A stretch of DNA of 64,000 bases from Alphaproteobacteria bacterium. Its GTDB lineage: Bacteria > Pseudomonadota > Alphaproteobacteria > GCA-2731375. Position numbers and translations under genes: made by a program. The stretch lies in the NCBI GenBank assembly GCA_965225945.1, contig CBDDBZ010000030.1, positions 128,001 through 192,000 of the forward strand, given 5' to 3'. Under the pieces are notes generated by a model. It saw only the letters and a list, made by a program, of their open reading frames with translations, was not told where the DNA came from and made no database searches. This document shows, piece by piece, positions 56,062 through 64,000 of the stretch. Numbering within the stretch: position 1 is the stretch's first letter; each line of letters begins with the position of its first letter.

Positions 56062-57060
56062 ATGGAACGGATATTCTCCGGCGTTCAACCGAGCGGAAAC
56101 CTGCATCTCGGCAACTATCTGGGCGCGATCCGCAACTTCGTCCGCCTGCAGAATGATTTCGAGTGCATCTTCTGCGTCGTGGACATGCACGCCATCACCG
56201 TCTGGCAGGAACCTTCGGAGCTGCGCCAGAACACGCGGGAGGTGGTGGCCGCTTTCATCGCCTCGGGCATCGATCCCGAGGCTCATGTCATCTTCAACCA
56301 AAGCCAGGTCCGGGCGCACGCGGAACTGGCCTGGATCTTCAACTGTATCGCCCGCCTCGGCTGGCTCAACCGGATGACCCAGTTCAAGGAAAAGGCAGGC
56401 TCGCAGCGCGAGAACGCCAGCGCCGGGCTCTACGTCTATCCCAACCTGATGGCCGCCGACATCCTGGCCTACAAGGCGACGCACGTGCCCGTCGGCGAGG
56501 ACCAGAAGCAGCATCTGGAGCTGACCCGCGACATCGCGCAGAAGTTCAACCACGACTTCGGCGTCGAGTTCTTCCCGCTCATCGAGCCGCTGATCCAGGG
56601 CGAGGCGACGCGGGTGATGAGCCTACGGGACGGCTCGGCGAAGATGTCGAAATCGGATCCCTCGGAATACTCGCGCATCAACCTGACCGACGGCGCGGAC
56701 GAGATTGCCCGCAAGATCCGCCGTGCCCGCACCGACCCCGAGCCCCTGCCGGAGGGCGTCGCGGGTCTGGAGGGGCGAGCGGAAGCGGCCAATCTGGTCA
56801 CCATTTACGCGGCCTTGGACGAGACCACGACGGAGGCGGTGCTGGTGGAACATGGTGGCGCGCAATTCTCCGACTTCAAGCAGCGGCTCACCGACCTCGC
56901 GGTGGCGCGGCTCGCCCCGATCGGGGCGGAGATGTCGCGGCTCATGGCGGCGCCGGGGGAGGTCGAGCGGATCCTCGAGCGCGGGGCGGAGCGGGCGGCC
57001 GAGATCTCGGAACCCATCCTGGCCGAGGTCAAGGAAATCGTCGGTTATCTGAACGTTTGA
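56062..57060 (+). CDS. trpS: Tryptophanyl-tRNA synthetase
   Basis: [16 protein letters not shown]. Confidence 0.97.
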   Translation: MERIFSGVQPSGNLHLGNYLGAIRNFVRLQNDFECIFCVVDMHAITVWQEPSELRQNTREVVAAFIASGIDPEAHVIFNQSQVRAHAELAWIFNCIARLGWLNRMTQFKEKAGSQRENASAGLYVYPNLMAADILAYKATHVPVGEDQKQHLELTRDIAQKFNHDFGVEFFPLIEPLIQGEATRVMSLRDGSAKMSKSDPSEYSRINLTDGADEIARKIRRARTDPEPLPEGVAGLEGRAEAANLVTIYAALDETTTEAVLVEHGGAQFSDFKQRLTDLAVARLAPIGAEMSRLMAAPGEVERILERGAERAAEISEPILAEVKEIVGYLNV

Positions 57061-57183
57061 GGGCGCGAGACCGGATTTGGCGGGGGAACTTCCGGGCAGC
57101 GCTTGGCGCGGCGCCGGTTGATCTGCCCTCCCGCTCTCCCCATCTCTGCGCCAACGCGAGGAATTCACGCCCGAGGCCACGTC

Positions 57184-58182
57184 ATGCGCGATCGAGTCGC
57201 TGCCCAGATGCGGAGATGGCTTCCCCAGAGATCGTCGTCCACGCCCCTGCTGGAAGATTTTCGGATCAAGCGGATCGCTCTCAAGGGGGGAATCGCGGTG
57301 TTGCTGGTGGTGGCGCTCTATTATCCGCTCGGCATGGCGCTGACGCATCGGATCTCGGACGACATCGACTTCCAGGCGGGGCCGCGGGACTGGGTCGAGG
57401 GCGGCAGCCACGCGGTCTCGATCGCGACGGCGCTGATCGATCGCGAGATCGACGAGAACCGCTGGGTCGCCAACGATCCCTGGTTCCTGGCGCCGGCGGC
57501 GCTCGACAACATGCCCAACTTCCAGCAAGGCATCATCCGCGCCATCGGCCGCTTCGCCTTCGAGCTGGTGGATCAGATCGGCCGCACCCGGGGCTCGAGC
57601 CAGACCGACCCCGACCTGCAGGAAGCCTCGGGTCAACTGCAATACGCGGGCGACGTCTGGATCTTCGACCTCTCGACCTCCTACATCCCCACGACGCCCT
57701 CGGAGAGTCGCTACCGCAAGGCTCGCCGCTCGCTCCAGGACTACAACCGTCGGCTTGCCGGCGGCGGCGCCAAGTTCGAACGGCGCAACGACAACCTGTT
57801 GGCGACGCTGGATCGCATCGCGCTCGATCTCGGCGCCTCCTCGGCGACGCTCGACAGCCACATCGAGCAGCATTCGGGCCGCTTGATCGATACTTTGGCG
57901 GATGATCACTTCTACGGGATCAAGGGCCAGACCTATGCCTACTACCTGCTGCTGCGCGAACTGGGACGAGATTTCGAGACCGTCATCGCCGCGCGGGAAC
58001 TCACCGCCGCCTGGGAAGAGATGTTGGGAAGCCTCGGCTCGGCGGCCGCGCTGTCGCCGCTGGTGATCGTCAATGGGGCGCCGGATTCGCAGGTCTTGCC
58101 GAGCCACCTGGCGTCGCAAGGCTTCTATCTGCTGCGCGCCCGCGCCAAACTCCGCGAGATCACCAACATCTTGCTGAAATAG
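57184..58182 (+). CDS. DUF2333-like protein
   Basis: WVANDP, LDNMPNFQQG, R.RGSSQTDPDL, ADDHFY. Confidence 0.75.
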   Translation: MRDRVAAQMRRWLPQRSSSTPLLEDFRIKRIALKGGIAVLLVVALYYPLGMALTHRISDDIDFQAGPRDWVEGGSHAVSIATALIDREIDENRWVANDPWFLAPAALDNMPNFQQGIIRAIGRFAFELVDQIGRTRGSSQTDPDLQEASGQLQYAGDVWIFDLSTSYIPTTPSESRYRKARRSLQDYNRRLAGGGAKFERRNDNLLATLDRIALDLGASSATLDSHIEQHSGRLIDTLADDHFYGIKGQTYAYYLLLRELGRDFETVIAARELTAAWEEMLGSLGSAAALSPLVIVNGAPDSQVLPSHLASQGFYLLRARAKLREITNILLK

Positions 58183-58251
58183 CCGACGGCGGACGGCCGT
58201 TGCCTGATCGCCGCGTGCCATGGCAGCATGGGGTGGTGGAGGCCGTTTTCG

Positions 58252-58734
58252 ATGAGTGATGGCGACCCGCGCGTCCGCCGGAACTTTCTGGTGGTGGTCG
58301 ACGATACGCCGGAGTGCCGGGTGGCGCTCCGCTTCGCCTGCATGCGCGCGCATCGCACGGGCGGCGGCGTGGTCCTGCTTCGAGTCATCGAGCCGGCCGA
58401 CTTTCAGCACTGGATGGCGGTCGAGAACCTGATGCGGGAGGAGGCGCGGGAAGCGGCGGAGGAACTGCTGCAAGGCCTGGCGGGCGAGGTTTACGACTAT
58501 TCCGCCATCACGCCCGAGTACCGTATCCGCGAGGGCCGGGTGGACGACGAAATCCTGGCCCTGCTGGCGGAAGAGCCGTCGATCCGGATTCTGATCCTGG
58601 GCGCCTCGCCCGACGCGGCGGGGCCCGGGCCGCTGGTCTCCCGCCTCGCCGGGCAGGTCTCGGGCTCCATGCCGGTACCGGTGACCGTGGTGCCCGGCAA
58701 CATGACGGCGGAGCAGATCGACGACCTCGCCTGA
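58252..58734 (+). CDS. Universal stress protein
   Basis: FLVVVDDTPE, GPGPLVS, PVTVVPG. Confidence 0.88.
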   Translation: MSDGDPRVRRNFLVVVDDTPECRVALRFACMRAHRTGGGVVLLRVIEPADFQHWMAVENLMREEAREAAEELLQGLAGEVYDYSAITPEYRIREGRVDDEILALLAEEPSIRILILGASPDAAGPGPLVSRLAGQVSGSMPVPVTVVPGNMTAEQIDDLA

Positions 58735-58857
58735 AGCCTCGTCCCGCCCGTTGGTCCGGTTGACCTCGCCTGGGCGCGTCGCTAGGTTGCGCCGCGCAAA
58801 ATTTCGGCCTGCTCGAGCGGTGACGGGGCGAGCCCTCGACGACATTCGGTGGCAAAC

Positions 58858-59751
58858 ATGGCGGTGGACACGGCGGGCGAGGCCCTGTCCTTTCAGGATC
58901 TCGTATTGACCCTGCAGCGCTATTGGGGTGCGCGCGGCTGCGTCCTGTTGCAGCCCTACGACATGGAGGTCGGCGCCGGGACCTTCCATTGGGCGACGAC
59001 GCTGCGCGCCCTCGGCGCCAAGCCCTGGAACGCGGCCTATGTGCAGCCTTCGCGCCGGCCGAGCGACGGCCGCTACGCGGAGAACCCGAATCGCCTGCAG
59101 CACTACTATCAGTTCCAAGTGCTGATGAAGCCTTCGCCGCCGGACTTCCAGGATCTCTACCTGGGCTCGCTCGGGGCGATCGGCATCGATCCCGGCTTGC
59201 ACGACATCCGCTTCGTCGAGGACGACTGGGAAAGCCCGACCCTCGGCGCCTGGGGGCTCGGCTGGGAGGTCTGGTGCGACGGCATGGAGGTGAGCCAATT
59301 CACCTATTTCCAGCAGGTGGGGGGCTTCGATTGCCGGCCGGTCTCGGGCGAGCTGACCTATGGCCTGGAACGCCTGGCGATGTATGTCCAGGGGCTCGAC
59401 AATGTCTACGACCTCGCCTGGAACGACGCGGGCGTGAGCTATGGCGACGTCCATCTCCAGTCGGAGCGGGAGTTCTCCGCCTACAACTTCGAGCATGCCG
59501 ACACCGAGGCCCTGTTCCGCCACTTCGCCGACGCCGAGGCGGAATGCGGGCGTCTGATTCAGGCCGAGTTGGCGCTGCCGGCCTACGACCAGTGCATCAA
59601 GGCGAGCCACCTGTTCAATCTGCTCGAGGCGCGTGGCGTCATCAGCGTGACCGAGCGGCAGTCCTATATCGGCCGGGTTCGCAGGCTCACCCGGGCCGCA
59701 GCCCATGCCTGGCTGGTCTCCCAGGGCGAGGCCCCCGACGAGGGGGATTGA
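58858..59751 (+). CDS. glyQ: Glycyl-tRNA synthetase alpha subunit
   Basis: [30 protein letters not shown]. Confidence 0.97.
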   Translation: MAVDTAGEALSFQDLVLTLQRYWGARGCVLLQPYDMEVGAGTFHWATTLRALGAKPWNAAYVQPSRRPSDGRYAENPNRLQHYYQFQVLMKPSPPDFQDLYLGSLGAIGIDPGLHDIRFVEDDWESPTLGAWGLGWEVWCDGMEVSQFTYFQQVGGFDCRPVSGELTYGLERLAMYVQGLDNVYDLAWNDAGVSYGDVHLQSEREFSAYNFEHADTEALFRHFADAEAECGRLIQAELALPAYDQCIKASHLFNLLEARGVISVTERQSYIGRVRRLTRAAAHAWLVSQGEAPDEGD

Positions 59752-59752
59752 G

Positions 59753-61819
59753 ATGGCGGACCTGCTGCTCGAAATCCTTTCCGAGGAGATCCCGGCGCGC
59801 ATGCAAGCCCCGGCACTGGCCGAGCTGGAGCGTCGCGTGCTGGACGGCTTGCGTGCCGCCGGGCTCGATCATGGCCCGGCCGAGGCCTGGGTGACGCCGC
59901 GCCGGCTCGCGTTGCATGTCGCCGGCCTGCCGGAGGCCCAGCCCGACACCCGCGAGGAGCGGCGTGGCCCTCGGGCCGACGCGCCCGAGAGGGCCATTCA
60001 GGGATTTCTTCGCGGGCTCGCCTTGAGCCTGGACGACTGCGAGACACGGGAAACGGAGAAGGGCAGCTTCCTCTTCGCCGTGATCGAACGCCGGGGTCGC
60101 CCGACAGCCGAGCTGCTGGCGGAGCTGCTGGCGGAGGTGCTGGCGGCGTTTCCCTGGCCCAAGAGCATGCGCTGGGGCGCCGGCGAGACGCGCTGGGTAC
60201 GCCCGCTGCATTCGATCCTCTGCCTCTTCGCGGGCGGGGTGGTGGATTTCGAATTCGCCGGCATCCGGGCGGGAACCGAGACCAGGGGGCACCGCTTCCA
60301 TGCGCCCGACAGCTTCGACGTCACCGGGCTGGATTCTTACCGCGACGGTCTCCGGGCAGCCCACGTCATGCTCGATCACGCGGAGAGGCGGACCCGAATC
60401 GCCGAGGAGGCCCGGCGCGTGGCGCTGGCGGAGGGCTTGCGGCTGGTGCCCGACGACGGCCTGCTGGACGAGCTCGCCGGACTGGTCGAATGGCCGGTCG
60501 TGCTGCTGGGGCGGATGGACCCCCGGTTTCTCGAACTCCCGCGCGAAGTGTTGGTGAGCGCGATGCGGGCGCATCAGCGCTATCTCGCCCTCGAGACCGG
60601 CGAGGCCGTGCTGGCGCCCCGCTTCGTCGTCGTCGCCAACCTGAAAGCGACGGACGGGGGCGAGCGAATCGTCGCCGGCAACGAGTGTGTATTGACCGCC
60701 CGATTGGCCGACGCCGAGTTCTTCTGGCGAACCGACCTGAAGCGCCCGCTTGCCGATTCGGTCGCGGAGTTGGACCGGATCGTGTTCCACGCCAAACTCG
60801 GCAGCCTCGGCCAAAAGGTCGCGCGGATCGAGGCGCTGGCGCGATTCTTGGCACCCTCGATCGGGGCCGAGATCGAGGCGAGTGGCCGTGCCGCGCGACT
60901 CGCCAAGGCCGACCTGGTCAGCCAGATGGTGGGCGAATTTCCCGATCTCCAGGGCCTCGTGGGGCGGTATTACGCGCTCGCGGGCGGCGAGGCGGCGGAG
61001 GTGGCCGACGCGATCGGCCAGCACTATTCGCCCTTGGGCCCGAACGACGACTGCCCGAGTGCGCCGACCGCTCTCGCGGTGGCCTTGGCGGACAAGATAG
61101 ACACCCTGATCGGCTTCTTCGCCATTAGCGAGACGCCGACCGGCAGCCGCGATCCCCATGGGCTGCGGCGCGCCGGGCTCGGCGTCATTCGCATGGTGCT
61201 GGAGAACGAGCTTCGGCTTGGCCTCGGGCCGATCTTCCGCCGTGCCCGGGAGGCTTATGGCGATTCGGTCGAGGGCGGCGATGTGGCGGTGGAGATGAAC
61301 CTGCTGGCCTTCCTGGCCGACCGGCTGAAGGTCCATCTCCGGGGCCAGGGCGTCAGGCACGATTTGATCCAGGCGGTTTTCGCCCAGGGCGGCGAGGACG
61401 ATCTGGCCCGGCTGATCGCCCGGGTCCACGCACTCGCCCGATTTCTGGAGAGCGAGGACGGCGCCAACCTGCTGACCGCCTATCGCCGCGCGGTCAACAT
61501 CGTGCGCATCGAGGAGGGCAAGGACGGCCGGGCGCATGACGACGCGATCGACGAGGCCCTGCTGGGCGAGCCGGCGGAGCTGGCGCTGGCAGCGGCGCTC
61601 TCGGCCGCGGTCGAGCAAAGCGACGCGGCCTTGACGGCGGAGGATTTCGAAGCCGCGATGGCGGCTCTCGCGGCGCTCCGCCCAGCCGTCGACGCATTTT
61701 TCGACGCTGTCACCGTTAATGCCGAGGACGTCGCGTTGCGGGCCAACCGGCTCCGGCTCCTGGCGCGGATCAGGCAGACCCTGCACCGGGTCGCGGACTT
61801 CTCGGCGATCGAGGGATAG
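59753..61819 (+). CDS. glyS: Glycyl-tRNA synthetase beta subunit
   Basis: LLEILSEEIPA, PKSMRW, VRPLH, EFPDLQG, NRLRLL. Confidence 0.96.
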   Translation: MADLLLEILSEEIPARMQAPALAELERRVLDGLRAAGLDHGPAEAWVTPRRLALHVAGLPEAQPDTREERRGPRADAPERAIQGFLRGLALSLDDCETRETEKGSFLFAVIERRGRPTAELLAELLAEVLAAFPWPKSMRWGAGETRWVRPLHSILCLFAGGVVDFEFAGIRAGTETRGHRFHAPDSFDVTGLDSYRDGLRAAHVMLDHAERRTRIAEEARRVALAEGLRLVPDDGLLDELAGLVEWPVVLLGRMDPRFLELPREVLVSAMRAHQRYLALETGEAVLAPRFVVVANLKATDGGERIVAGNECVLTARLADAEFFWRTDLKRPLADSVAELDRIVFHAKLGSLGQKVARIEALARFLAPSIGAEIEASGRAARLAKADLVSQMVGEFPDLQGLVGRYYALAGGEAAEVADAIGQHYSPLGPNDDCPSAPTALAVALADKIDTLIGFFAISETPTGSRDPHGLRRAGLGVIRMVLENELRLGLGPIFRRAREAYGDSVEGGDVAVEMNLLAFLADRLKVHLRGQGVRHDLIQAVFAQGGEDDLARLIARVHALARFLESEDGANLLTAYRRAVNIVRIEEGKDGRAHDDAIDEALLGEPAELALAAALSAAVEQSDAALTAEDFEAAMAALAALRPAVDAFFDAVTVNAEDVALRANRLRLLARIRQTLHRVADFSAIEG

Positions 61820-61828
61820 GCACTGGCG

Positions 61829-64000
<2,172 letters not shown>

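Overview
High-GC bacterial chromosome segment, most likely alphaproteobacterial (acnA/DUF1223/ccmAB, murJ-trpS-USP and glyQ-glyS-ppdK synteny). It carries housekeeping genes, two branched-chain-type ABC transporter clusters, a CoxMSL-like molybdenum hydroxylase and egtBD, with two insertion-rich zones (about 2-19 kb and 33-42 kb). Highlights: (1) two cryptic selenoprotein candidates missed by the ORF track, a Bcp/Prx with UGA at the peroxidatic position and a UGSC-type protein (U-G-A-C-T-S-C). Each has a SECIS-like hairpin, and they sit beside a CxxC-thioredoxin fusion and F420-dependent oxidoreductase homologues. (2) Two IS110/IS1111-type elements whose 3' non-coding region contains a readable bridge-RNA-like guide matching their own insertion sites in REP-like palindromes, plus a duplicated right-end module. 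(3) Nested insertions, including a 755-bp non-autonomous element with perfect 43-bp TIRs containing NrdR-box-like motifs. (4) An ImmA/IrrE + PIN module disabled by nonsense codons and bounded by 22-bp direct repeats. No rRNA, tRNA or CRISPR array was seen. All family calls come from motif recognition by eye; no database search was run.
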